Shown in pieces: positions 28,555 to 37,507 of a DNA stretch of 64,000 nucleotides. The stretch covers positions 35,382-99,381 of the forward strand of contig JAZKCN010000002.1 in NCBI GenBank assembly GCA_040388075.1, in the 5' to 3' direction. Under the pieces are notes generated by a model. The model was not told where the DNA came from. It searched no databases and saw only the letters and a list, made by a program, of their open reading frames with translations. Within the stretch, counting starts at the first letter, position 1. Each line of letters opens with the position of its first letter. The DNA is from Pseudomonadota bacterium. Lineage in GTDB: Bacteria; Pseudomonadota; Gammaproteobacteria; Burkholderiales; Burkholderiaceae_C. A program made the translations under genes and the position numbers.

Positions 28555-29271
28555 TTACGCTGCTTTTTTGGCGCCACCCGACTGGGTGGCCACGCGGTCG
28601 ATTTTCACGATCTGGCTGACGAAGATGCCCGGGGTCACCACCGCTTCGGGGTCCAGCCCGCCCAGCTCAACCACCTCATGCACGGTGGCCACCGTTTTCT
28701 TTGCAGCCATCGCCATCACCGGGCCGAAATTGCGCGCCGCCATGCGGTAGGTCAGGTTGCCCCAGCGATCGCCACGCTCTGCACGAATCAGTGCCACATC
28801 GCCGTGGATGGGCATCTCCAGCACATAGTGTTTGCCATTGATCTCGCGGGTTTCCTTCGGCGAGCCGTCGGCATTTTTGGCAAGGTCGGTGCCGTAGCCG
28901 GTCGGCGAGAAGAAGGCGCCGACACCCGCACCGGCGGCGCGTATGCGCTCGGCCAGGTTGCCTTGGGGTACCAGTTCAAGTTCGACCTTGCCGCTGCGGT
29001 ACAGGCCGTCAAACACATAGCTGTCGGCCTGGCGCGGGAAGCTGCAGATCACCTTGCGCACCTGCCCGGCCTTCAGCAGCGCTGCCAGCCCCGCCTCGCC
29101 ATTGCCAGCGTTGTTGTTGACGAGGGTCAGGTCTTTGGCGCCCTGCGCAATCAGGCCGTCAATCAGTTCTATCGGGATGCCGGCAGTGCCGAAGCCACCA
29201 ATCAGCACGGTCGAGCCGTCCTTGACGTCGGCGAGCGCATCGGCCACCGAGCGGGCTATCTTATTGATCAT
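28555..29271 (-). CDS. pcaI: 3-oxoadipate CoA-transferase subunit A
   Basis: GGFGTAG, NNNAG, PQGNLAER, GNLTYRMAARNFGP. Confidence 0.9.
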   Translation of the reverse strand: MINKIARSVADALADVKDGSTVLIGGFGTAGIPIELIDGLIAQGAKDLTLVNNNAGNGEAGLAALLKAGQVRKVICSFPRQADSYVFDGLYRSGKVELELVPQGNLAERIRAAGAGVGAFFSPTGYGTDLAKNADGSPKETREINGKHYVLEMPIHGDVALIRAERGDRWGNLTYRMAARNFGPVMAMAAKKTVATVHEVVELGGLDPEAVVTPGIFVSQIVKIDRVATQSGGAKKAA

Positions 29272-29332
29272 TTTGGGTTGTCTCCAGTCACCTGCCCGAC
29301 AGCTTGAAGCCCGGCAGCCGAATCACTAAAAA

Positions 29333-29366
29333 GTTCGACATAAGAACAATAGTTCGTATAATGAAT
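29333..29366. promoter_or_regulatory. Two PcaR/PobR-like operator sites
   Basis: GTTCGACATAAGAAC (29333-47) and GTTCGTATAATGAAT (29352-66) resemble the GTTCGATAATCGCAC PcaR/PcaU/PobR box; located between pcaI and pcaR. Confidence 0.65.
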
Positions 29367-29386
29367 TTTAGGAGATTTTGTACCCC

Positions 29387-30190
29387 ATGGCAAACGCCGC
29401 GTCCAAGCGCATCGCAGACCTCAAACCGGGCGACGGTTATGTGCAGTCGTTTGCGCGCGGCCTGGAGGTCATACGCTCTTTCAGCGCCGACGCGCCCAGC
29501 CAGACGCTGACGGAAGTGGCAGAACGCAGCGGCCTGACCCGGGCCGGCGCACGCCGCATCCTGCTGACGCTGCAGGCGCTGGGTTACGTGGTGGCCGATG
29601 GAAAGCTTTTCAGCCTGACACCTCGCATCCTCGATCTCGGTTTTGCCTATCTGTCGTCAATGCCGATGTGGAACCTGGCTGAGCCCGTGATGGAGGCGCT
29701 GGTGGCAACGGTCAAGGAGTCCTGCTCCATCGCCGCGCTGGAAGGCACCGACATCGTTTACGTGATGCGCATACCGACGCACAAGATCATGAGCATCAGC
29801 CTGGGCGTCGGCTCACGCCTGCCGGCGTATTGCACTTCATTGGGACGGGTGTTGCTTGCAGCGCTGCCCGAAGCAGAACTGCCGGAGCGGCTTGAAGCCG
29901 CCGACATTACCAGCCGGACCCGCTACACGGTGACAGACATGAAAGAGCTGACAGCCAGAATCGCGCAAGTGCGAAAGCAGGGCTGGTCGCTGGTGAATCA
30001 GGAGCTTGAAGAGGGGTTGGTGTCGATGTCGGCACCCCTCACCAATCGCGCGGGTCAGGTGGTGGCAGGCCTTAATATCAGTGGCCAGGCCAACCGAACC
30101 AGCGCAAAAACAATGCAGGAGACAATGCTGCCGCCACTGCTGTCAGCGGCGAAAGAGATCTCCCGCATGCTGGCTGTTCAACGGGCTTAA
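29387..30190 (+). CDS. pcaR: IclR family regulator, PcaR/PcaU/PobR type
   Basis: YVQSFARGLEVI, RAGARRILLTL, GSRLPAYCTSLGRVLL, QELEEGL; divergent from pcaIJF. Confidence 0.88.
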   Translation: MANAASKRIADLKPGDGYVQSFARGLEVIRSFSADAPSQTLTEVAERSGLTRAGARRILLTLQALGYVVADGKLFSLTPRILDLGFAYLSSMPMWNLAEPVMEALVATVKESCSIAALEGTDIVYVMRIPTHKIMSISLGVGSRLPAYCTSLGRVLLAALPEAELPERLEAADITSRTRYTVTDMKELTARIAQVRKQGWSLVNQELEEGLVSMSAPLTNRAGQVVAGLNISGQANRTSAKTMQETMLPPLLSAAKEISRMLAVQRA

Positions 30191-30213
30191 TCAAGCAGGA
30201 AATGGCAACCCGG

Positions 30214-30312
30214 TGCCTTCGCAAGCGGGCGCCGCGGGACTGCCTTCGCCAGACCGCGGGCGCAGCGCCCCCTCGAGGGCGGAGAGCGACACGCAGTGCG
30301 TGAACGTGGGGG
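30214..30312 (-). repeat. Palindromic repeat family 2, diverged copy
   Basis: Reverse complement CCCCCACGTTCACGCACTGCGTGTCGCTCTCCGCCCTCGAGGGGGCGCTG resembles the 84-bp unit at 34012. Confidence 0.65.
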
Positions 30313-30320
30313 TTGTCAGC

Positions 30321-30542
30321 TCAGGATTTACGGAAACCGGCGACCAGGACGATGGCGCCCAAGGCCACAGCACCAATGCTGAGCCACTGTGGAATGTTGA
30401 TTGACTCACGCTCCTTCACGGTCAGCTCTATGGGGCCGACCTTGGCAGCGGTCTTGTCTTTGGTAAAGCTGAAACCACCGGTGAAGAAGCCGGCCAGGCC
30501 GATCACCACCAGTACGATGCCTGCAATTTTTGCTGCGTTCAT
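30321..30542 (-). CDS. Small membrane protein (DUF3185-like)
   Basis: Two hydrophobic ends around TAAKVGPIELTVKERESINIP; AGGAG RBS. Confidence 0.7.
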   Translation of the reverse strand: MNAAKIAGIVLVVIGLAGFFTGGFSFTKDKTAAKVGPIELTVKERESINIPQWLSIGAVALGAIVLVAGFRKS

Positions 30543-30742
30543 GTCAATCACTCCTCGCCGGGGTCAGTTAATAAATTAGAACTTTTTCAGTGGCGTGGCC
30601 CGGAACCACGTCACCTGAGCCGTAATGTAGAGATCACTCTCAAAACCGTCTGTAGGACTCTGCCGGGCAGCCGCGTCAAGGAAGCGCCTGATACAAAACA
30701 CCAGCGCTGCAACGGGAAAACACTGCGTGATAACCTTCCGGC

Positions 30743-31177
30743 ATGTTCACGCCGTCACAAGCCGATGTCCGCCGCTTCTTCTGCTCTGTCCATGCCAAAA
30801 GCAGGGCGGGTCAGCCCATGGAAGCTATTGAAACCATAGCAAGCCAGTGGATTGCCGAGCACCCTGAATACCACGCCGACTTTGAAGACGCCGATTCCGC
30901 ACTGGAAAAGATGTATGACGTGGAAGGCGGCAAGACCAACCCTTTCCTGCACCTGTCCATGCATTTGTCGATCAGTGAACAATGCTCGATAGACCAGCCG
31001 CGCGGCATCCGTCAGGCGGTGGAACTGCTGACGGCCAGGCGCGATTCGCTGCACGATGCCCACCACGAAACCATGGACTGCCTCGGCCAGATGGTGTGGG
31101 AGAGCCAGCGCTCAGGCCGACCACCAGATGGCGCCGCCTACATCGACTGCGTGCAGCGCCGCGCAACAAAGGACTAG
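30743..31177 (+). CDS. DUF1841 family protein
   Basis: VRRFF, HPEYH, NPFLHLSMHLSISEQ..IDQPRGI, HDAHH..MDCLG. Confidence 0.85.
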   Translation: MFTPSQADVRRFFCSVHAKSRAGQPMEAIETIASQWIAEHPEYHADFEDADSALEKMYDVEGGKTNPFLHLSMHLSISEQCSIDQPRGIRQAVELLTARRDSLHDAHHETMDCLGQMVWESQRSGRPPDGAAYIDCVQRRATKD

Positions 31178-31248
31178 CCCCCGCGGTTGCTCACTGGGTG
31201 TAGCGCCCTGCCCGCAAAGTGGTCCGCTACGCGTGCTTGCGAAGGCAT
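31178..31248 (+). repeat. Palindromic repeat family 2, degenerate copy
   Basis: CCCCCGCGGTTGCTCACTGGGTGTAGCGCCCTGCCC directly after the stop codon; shares GCTTGCGAAGGCA with the 30214 copy. Confidence 0.5.
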
Positions 31249-31284
31249 CTCTGTGTTAGAGGCCACCACTAATCTTCAGAAAAT

Positions 31285-31313
31285 AAAAAAGCCGCTGTTT
31301 CAGCGGCTTTTTT
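31285..31313. terminator. Bidirectional intrinsic terminator
   Basis: A6-GCCGCTG-TTT-CAGCGGC-T6 between convergent genes. Confidence 0.88.
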
Positions 31314-31335
31314 GCAGGTGAAAGCTCGCAGCTTC

Positions 31336-32007
31336 TTAACGAAAGCGGCTTTCGGGCACGGTCTTCAGGTCGCCTTCCAGCGACGAGAGGTAGCCGGACA
31401 GCGCCTTCAGTTCGGCGTTGGTGTACTGCTTGGCCATACCGGCCATGATGGCGTTGCTGCGGCCGACCTTGGCATTGCTCGGATCCACCTTGTAGGCTTT
31501 CAGCGCTACAAACAGGTAATCGGCGTGCTGGCCTGCAATTTTTGGATAGCTAGGGTCAATCGGCTTGCTGAAATTGGCGCCGTGGCAAGACACGCAATTG
31601 GCCTTGTTCAGCAGGGCCTGGACTGCAGGGCTGGGCTGTTTCGATGGAGCGGCAGGCAGTGCAGCAGCATTTGCAGCAACACCACTGGCGCTGTAGTACG
31701 CGGAAAGGTCGGCAATGTCCTGGTCGGTCAGGCTTTCGGCGATGCCGCGCATGGTGGGGTATTTGCGCTCGCCCTTTTTGTAGGCGTGCAGTGCGTTCGA
31801 GATATAGGTGGCGCTCTGGCCGGAGATCATCGGAACCTTGTAGATCTCGGGAAAGGACGACTGGTACCCCTGGATGCCGTGGCAGCCAATACACATGGCA
31901 TTTTTGGTTTCACCCGCCTTGGCGTTGCCCTTGATTTCCTGGGCCTGGCCCGAGGCCGTCGCAAATGCGACAGCCACAGCGAATATCGTAGTAAAAAGCT
32001 TGTTCAT
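31336..32007 (-). CDS. Diheme cytochrome c4-type protein
   Basis: Signal peptide; CIGCH and CVSCH heme-binding motifs. Confidence 0.92.
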   Translation of the reverse strand: MNKLFTTIFAVAVAFATASGQAQEIKGNAKAGETKNAMCIGCHGIQGYQSSFPEIYKVPMISGQSATYISNALHAYKKGERKYPTMRGIAESLTDQDIADLSAYYSASGVAANAAALPAAPSKQPSPAVQALLNKANCVSCHGANFSKPIDPSYPKIAGQHADYLFVALKAYKVDPSNAKVGRSNAIMAGMAKQYTNAELKALSGYLSSLEGDLKTVPESRFR

Positions 32008-32173
32008 TTTGCGCGCACAATCAGTGGGATTCAGATGGGGGATTGTTGTTATAAACAGCCTGTGATTATATCTGGGCGCGCCCAGCCAAAGCCCTTACCG
32101 ACCGAAACACGACAGATTAGGGCCTGCCACGCACCCCGTACACCCGCAAACAGCCAAGAAACTCGTCAAGAAC

Positions 32174-33028
32174 ATGAAATTCCAAGGTTCCCAAAACTAC
32201 GTCGCCACCCAGGACCTGATGCTGGCGGTCAACGCCTCTGCCACCCTCAAGAAGCCGCTGCTGGTCAAGGGCGAACCCGGCACCGGCAAGACCATGCTGG
32301 CCGAGGAAGTCGCCTCGGCGTTGAACATGCCGCTGTTGCAGTGGCACATCAAGTCGACCACCAAGGCGCAGCAGGGCCTGTATGAATATGACGCGGTGTC
32401 CCGGCTGCGTGATTCGCAGCTCAGCACCGTCGATGGCGGCGACAAGGTCAAGGACATCCACAACTACATCGTCAAGGGCGTGCTGTGGCAGGCCTTTACC
32501 TCCGAAACACCGGTCGCGCTGCTGATCGACGAAATCGACAAGGCCGACATCGAGTTCCCGAACGACCTGCTGCGCGAAATCGACCGCATGGAGTTCTATG
32601 TCTATGAGACGCGCGAGCTGATCAAGGCCAAGCACAGGCCGCTGGTGTTCATCACCTCGAACAATGAGAAAGAACTGCCCGACGCCTTTTTGCGCCGCTG
32701 CTTTTTCCACTACATCAAGTTCCCGGATGCCGACACCATGCGCCAGATCGTGGACGTGCATTTCCCCGGCCTTAAAAAGGAACTGCTGGCCGCAGCGATG
32801 AAAACTTTTTACGACGTGCGCAACCTGCCGGGCCTGAAGAAGAAACCATCAACCAGCGAACTGCTGGACTGGCTCAAGCTGCTGGTCGCCGAAGACATCC
32901 CGCTGGAAGCGCTGCAGAGCAAGGACGACAAGGTCGCCGTGCCGCCGCTGGTGGGTGCGTTGCTGAAGAACGAACAGGACGTAACCCTTTTCGAAAAACT
33001 GGTGTTCATGCAGCGCAATAATCGTTGA
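32174..33028 (+). CDS. MoxR family AAA+ ATPase
   Basis: GEPGTGKT Walker A, LLIDEIDKA Walker B, LPDAFLRRC. Confidence 0.93.
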   Translation: MKFQGSQNYVATQDLMLAVNASATLKKPLLVKGEPGTGKTMLAEEVASALNMPLLQWHIKSTTKAQQGLYEYDAVSRLRDSQLSTVDGGDKVKDIHNYIVKGVLWQAFTSETPVALLIDEIDKADIEFPNDLLREIDRMEFYVYETRELIKAKHRPLVFITSNNEKELPDAFLRRCFFHYIKFPDADTMRQIVDVHFPGLKKELLAAAMKTFYDVRNLPGLKKKPSTSELLDWLKLLVAEDIPLEALQSKDDKVAVPPLVGALLKNEQDVTLFEKLVFMQRNNR

Positions 33029-33082
33029 ACCGCACGCAGACGCACTCCCGCACAAAGCCCAAGAGCACAGAGAGACAAATCA

Positions 33083-33319
33083 ATGAACCAGCCCAACACC
33101 AAATCCCTGCTTGTTGAAGGCCTGTCGGATGCCATCGGTTTTCTCGGTGGCGCGCTGCTCGGCTACTGGATAGGACGGCTGCTGGGTCTGGATCTTTTTG
33201 CTGCCGGCTACGGCAACAGGACCCTCGTGGCCATCGTGCTGGTCGGCCTGGGTGGTGGCCTGGGGCTGCAGGCAGCACGGCGCTGGCGCAAGCGCAATCA
33301 GGCCAAGGCAGAAGAGTAA
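33083..33319 (+). CDS. Small membrane hypothetical protein
   Basis: Two Gly-rich hydrophobic helices; operon position. Confidence 0.7.
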   Translation: MNQPNTKSLLVEGLSDAIGFLGGALLGYWIGRLLGLDLFAAGYGNRTLVAIVLVGLGGGLGLQAARRWRKRNQAKAEE

Positions 33320-33334
33320 GGAACGCAGGTCAAC

Positions 33335-33931
33335 ATGAGCTTTCTGGAACCCGTTACCCTGACCGGCCGCAACTGGGTGGTACTGGAACCCCTGCAGCCC
33401 GAGCATGCAGACGAACTGCTGGAAGCGGCCAAGGACGGCGAGCTGTGGAAGCTCTGGTACACCCATGTCGGTGACGCCGCTGCAGTTTTTGGCTATATAG
33501 ACCAGGCGCTGAAGATGCGCGAAGACGGCAGCGGCCTGCCCTTTGTCATACGCCGGAAGTCGGATAGCAAGGTGGTAGGGTCGACCCGTTATTTCAATGT
33601 CGACGCAAAAAACCGCCGGCTTGAAATCGGCCACACCTGGTTCGGCAAAAGCGCACAGCGCACCGGCATCAACACCGAAGCCAAACTGATCATGCTCAAG
33701 CATGCGTTTGAAACCCTGAACTGCATCGCGGTCGAGTTTCGTACCCACTGGTTCAACTTCGACAGCCGCGCCGCCATCGCCCGCCTCGGCGCCAAACAGG
33801 ACGGCGTGCTCCGCAACCACCAGCTGACGGCCAACGGCACGCTGCGCGACACCGTGGTCTTCAGCATCATCGCCAGCGAGTGGCCGACGGTGAAGGCGCA
33901 TTTGCGTTTTCAGCTCAACAAGCCTCGATAG
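33335..33931 (+). CDS. GNAT N-acetyltransferase (RimJ/RimL type)
   Basis: LEIGHTW, QRTGINTEAK, SRAAIARLGAKQDGVLR, RDTVVFSII. Confidence 0.9.
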   Translation: MSFLEPVTLTGRNWVVLEPLQPEHADELLEAAKDGELWKLWYTHVGDAAAVFGYIDQALKMREDGSGLPFVIRRKSDSKVVGSTRYFNVDAKNRRLEIGHTWFGKSAQRTGINTEAKLIMLKHAFETLNCIAVEFRTHWFNFDSRAAIARLGAKQDGVLRNHQLTANGTLRDTVVFSIIASEWPTVKAHLRFQLNKPR

Positions 33932-34011
33932 CCATGACCTCCACGCCTTTCACTTCGGGTAATACGCTGCCCCACAAGGCGGTGTTGCTTGCCAGGGGCG
34001 GTCCGGCGCTG

Positions 34012-34179
34012 AATACACTTGCCCCCACGCTCGGCACTGACGTGTCCTCCCTGCCCCCCGAGGGGGCGCTGCTTGCTTGGGGCGGCCCGGCGCTGAATAC
34101 ACTTGCCCCCACGCTCGGCACTGACGTGTCCTCCCTGCCCCCCGAGGGGGCGCTGCTTGCTTGGGGCGGCCCGGCGCTG
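34012..34179 (+). repeat. Two exact tandem 84-bp units (palindromic repeat family 2), preceded by a degenerate partial copy at 33961-34011
   Basis: 34012-34095 is identical to 34096-34179; contains the GCCCCC-CGA-GGGGGC hairpin. Confidence 0.92.
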
Positions 34180-34209
34180 CGCACTCGTCTTTTGTAGCGG
34201 GGAGAAAAA

Positions 34210-35430
34210 ATGCTCATCGACTTCTTCTACACCCTGCGCTCGGCCAAGCTACCAGTGTCCGTCAAGGAATACCTGATGCTGCTCGAAGCGCTGGAGGCTG
34301 GCGTCGTCGGCCCCAACAGTGGCAAGCCCGACGCGGCGGGCGAGATTGGCGATGGCGCGTACAAGATTGATGACTTCTACTACCTCAGCCGCACGGTGCT
34401 GGTAAAGGACGAGAAACACTACGACAAGTTTGACCGCGCCTTTGCGGCCTACTTCAAGGGTGTGGAGATGATCGTCGACTTCACCAAGGATGTGCCGCTC
34501 GAGTGGCTGCGCAAAAACCTGGAGCTGGAACTCAGCCCCGAGGAAAAAGCGAAGATCGAGAAGATGGGCTGGGACGAGTTGATGGAAACGCTGAAAAAGC
34601 GTTTTGAAGAGCAGAAAGAGCGCCACGAAGGCGGCAGCAAGTGGATAGGCACGGGCGGTACATCACCCTTCGGCGCCAACGGGTTCAACCCGCAAGGCAT
34701 ACGCATTGGCCAGGAAAAAAGCCGCAACAAAAGCGCGGTGAAAGTATGGGACCAGCGCGCCTACAAGGACTATGACGACACGCAGGAGCTGGGCACGCGC
34801 AACATCAAGGTCGCGCTGCGCCGCCTGCGCAAGTTTGCGCGCGAAGGCCACATCGAGGAGCTGGATCTCGACGACACCATCAAGTCCACCGCGGCCAATG
34901 CGGGCTGGCTGGACATCAAGATGGTGCCCGAACGCCACAACAACGTGAAAGTGCTGCTGCTGATGGATGTCGGCGGCACCATGGACGAACACATCGCCCG
35001 CGTGGAAGAGATGTTCTCGGCCGTCAAAACCGAGTTCAAGCACCTGGAGTTCTATTACTTCCATAACTGCGTCTATGACTTCATGTGGAAGAACAACCGC
35101 CGCCGCTTCAGCGAAAAGTTTGCCACCTGGGACATCATCCGCAAGTACAACAAGGACTACAAGCTGATCTTCATAGGCGACGCGACCATGAGCCCCTATG
35201 AAATCCTGCAGCCCGGCGGCAGCGTTGAGTACAACAACGAGGAAGCCGGCGCCGAATGGATGCAGCGGCTGACCAACGCCTTCCCCAAGTTCGCCTGGAT
35301 CAACCCCGAGCCGCAAGGGGTCTGGCAGTACCGGCAGAGCATTGGCGTGATCCAGCAACTGGTGAACCAGCGCATGTACCCCCTGACCATCAAGGGTCTG
35401 GAGGAAGCCATGCGCATGCTGTCCAAATAA
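34210..35430 (+). CDS. VWA domain protein, CoxE-like (MoxR partner)
   Basis: LLLMDVGGTMD MIDAS-like motif, WIGTGGTSPFG, YFHNC, GDATMSP. Confidence 0.88.
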   Translation: MLIDFFYTLRSAKLPVSVKEYLMLLEALEAGVVGPNSGKPDAAGEIGDGAYKIDDFYYLSRTVLVKDEKHYDKFDRAFAAYFKGVEMIVDFTKDVPLEWLRKNLELELSPEEKAKIEKMGWDELMETLKKRFEEQKERHEGGSKWIGTGGTSPFGANGFNPQGIRIGQEKSRNKSAVKVWDQRAYKDYDDTQELGTRNIKVALRRLRKFAREGHIEELDLDDTIKSTAANAGWLDIKMVPERHNNVKVLLLMDVGGTMDEHIARVEEMFSAVKTEFKHLEFYYFHNCVYDFMWKNNRRRFSEKFATWDIIRKYNKDYKLIFIGDATMSPYEILQPGGSVEYNNEEAGAEWMQRLTNAFPKFAWINPEPQGVWQYRQSIGVIQQLVNQRMYPLTIKGLEEAMRMLSK

Positions 35431-35512
35431 ACGTTTCGCCGCTGCGGGCAAAAGCTGAAATCGCGCTGGCCTCCTACGGGCCGGCATCACAACGCTCAAG
35501 TAAACTGCCCCG

Positions 35513-37507
35513 GTGATCCAGACCGCCTGTCTCGCGGCACTTGCCTCCTTCTGTTTATGCATGACGCCGGCCAGAGCCCAGGTCTCTTCGCCACCCTCAG
35601 TCACGCCCACACTTTCCGCCCCGCAAGCGGTGCTGCAGAACACGGCCCCGGCCTCGACATCGATGACGGCGGTCAGCACACCGGCCTCGGGCGTCACGCA
35701 AACCGCGCCGCCGCCGGAACCCCCACCGGCCAGCGTGCAGGCGCCGCCTACACCGGAAGGCGCGACAGGCCCGACCAGCGCTACACCCGAGGTCACAGCC
35801 TTCGACATCGTGGTGCGCGCACCGGCCGAAATAAAAGACCTGCTCGACAAACACATCGAACTGCAACGTTACCGTGCCGTCACCGACCTGGACGAGGCGG
35901 AGCTGGCGCGCCTGGTGGTGCTGGCGGAACGCAACGTGCGCAACCTCGTCGGCACGCTTGGCTATTTCAGCCCCGTCATCAACATCACACGCGAAGGCGC
36001 CGCAAACCAGCACCCAACTATCGTGGTGGCGGTGCAACCCGGGCCCCTGACCCGCTCGCAGCAGGTAACGATTGACTTCGGCGGCGACATTGCCACATCG
36101 ACCGAACGCGACGCGATTGCCCAGCGCAACGAGATACGCCGTGACTGGCGGCTGCCCGCTGGCCAGCGCTTCACGCAGGACGCCTGGGACGGTGCCAAGA
36201 CACAGGCGCTGCGCGAGCTGGTGGCGCGCCGCTATCCGGCGGGCAAACTGGCCGATAGCCTGGCGGACATCGACGCCGAGACGCAGGCTGCGCGGCTGAC
36301 GCTGAAGCTGGATTCCGGTCCGCTCTACAAACTGGGGCCGATGCAGGTCACCGGCGTGGAGCGCTACGACCCGGTGCTGGTGCCCCGGCTGGCGCGCCTC
36401 AGTGAAGGCGCTGTCTATGACCAGAAGCAGCTGGCCGATGCGCAGTTGCGGCTGGCTTCGAGCGGATATTTCGATTCGGCTTATATCTTTGTAGACCCTG
36501 AAAGCGACCCGGCTGCAGCGCCGGTGCAGGTACAGGTGCGCGAGACCCGCTTGCAGAAAGTCGTGCTGGGCGTCGGCGCCAGCACCGACAACGGCCCGCG
36601 TGTCTCGCTGGAGCACACCCATAACCGCGTGCCCTTCACCAACTGGCGGGCAGTCACCAAACTGCAGTTGGAGCGCAAGTCCCCGTTTGCGCAAACCGAA
36701 TGGACATCGATACCCGATACCGATAACTGGCGCTGGGTTGCGCTGGGCCGCACCGAGCAGGTCAAGGACGACCGGCTGATCACGCGCTCGCAACGCCTGC
36801 GCTTCGGCCGCACACAATCCGGCGATGGCATAGACCGCAACGTCTACGCACAGTACGACCGCGCCCGCGCACAAAGCGCCACCGGTACCGCGCTGCTGCC
36901 CGAAGAAATTGGCGACGGTTCGGCATTGAGCGGCAACTACGTCTGGACCGGCCGCTACTTCGACAGCCTGCCCTTCCCCAGCAAAGGCTACGGCCTGGGT
37001 TTTGAAGCCGGTGGCGGCGTCACGCTGGGCGGCAAGCGGCAACCCTTTGCACGTGCGGTTGGCCGCTGGCTCGGCATCAAGTCATTTGCCGAAAGCCGCA
37101 TCGCCACACGCGCAGAAGCTGGTGCCGTTGTTGCAGCCGACAGTGCCCGCGTACCCAGCACGCAGCTGTTCCGCACGGGCGGCGACAGCACCGTTCGCGG
37201 TTACGGCTACCGCACCATTGGCATCCCGCTGGCGGGCGGCGTGGTCGGCCCCGGGCGCTACATGGCGGTCGGAAGCGTCGAGTGGCAGCGCCCGATCAAA
37301 AAAGACGGCCTGCCGACGGAGTGGGAACACACCGTCTTCATGGACGCAGGCGCCGTGGCCGACACCCCAAAGGACATGAAGCCATCGGTTGGCATAGGCA
37401 CAGGCCTGCGCTGGCGCAGCCCGATAGGCCCGCTGCAGATTGACCTCGCCTATGGTGTCAAGGTCAAGGCCCTGCGGCTGCACGTCAACGTGGGGTTTGT
37501 TTTCTGA
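35513..37507 (+). CDS. tamA: Autotransporter assembly outer membrane protein TamA (Omp85)
   Basis: POTRA region, GGD..VRGY motif, SPIGP..DLAYG, terminal Phe; start uncertain. Confidence 0.88.
   Translation: MIQTACLAALASFCLCMTPARAQVSSPPSVTPTLSAPQAVLQNTAPASTSMTAVSTPASGVTQTAPPPEPPPASVQAPPTPEGATGPTSATPEVTAFDIVVRAPAEIKDLLDKHIELQRYRAVTDLDEAELARLVVLAERNVRNLVGTLGYFSPVINITREGAANQHPTIVVAVQPGPLTRSQQVTIDFGGDIATSTERDAIAQRNEIRRDWRLPAGQRFTQDAWDGAKTQALRELVARRYPAGKLADSLADIDAETQAARLTLKLDSGPLYKLGPMQVTGVERYDPVLVPRLARLSEGAVYDQKQLADAQLRLASSGYFDSAYIFVDPESDPAAAPVQVQVRETRLQKVVLGVGASTDNGPRVSLEHTHNRVPFTNWRAVTKLQLERKSPFAQTEWTSIPDTDNWRWVALGRTEQVKDDRLITRSQRLRFGRTQSGDGIDRNVYAQYDRARAQSATGTALLPEEIGDGSALSGNYVWTGRYFDSLPFPSKGYGLGFEAGGGVTLGGKRQPFARAVGRWLGIKSFAESRIATRAEAGAVVAADSARVPSTQLFRTGGDSTVRGYGYRTIGIPLAGGVVGPGRYMAVGSVEWQRPIKKDGLPTEWEHTVFMDAGAVADTPKDMKPSVGIGTGLRWRSPIGPLQIDLAYGVKVKALRLHVNVGFVF

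Noticed and set aside
33961-34179. CRISPR array
   Set aside because: Units are exact 84-bp tandem duplicates with no unique spacers, and there are no cas genes
33880-34197. 105-aa ORF as a real gene
   Set aside because: It is the translation of the tandem repeat and overlaps the end of the GNAT gene
32174-35430. MoxR-VWA pair as a novel system
   Set aside because: A common chaperone pairing in Burkholderiales; nothing unusual apart from the repeat inside the operon
35597-37042. 481-aa minus-strand ORF and similar long ORFs over tamAB
   Set aside because: Antisense shadows of well-supported genes
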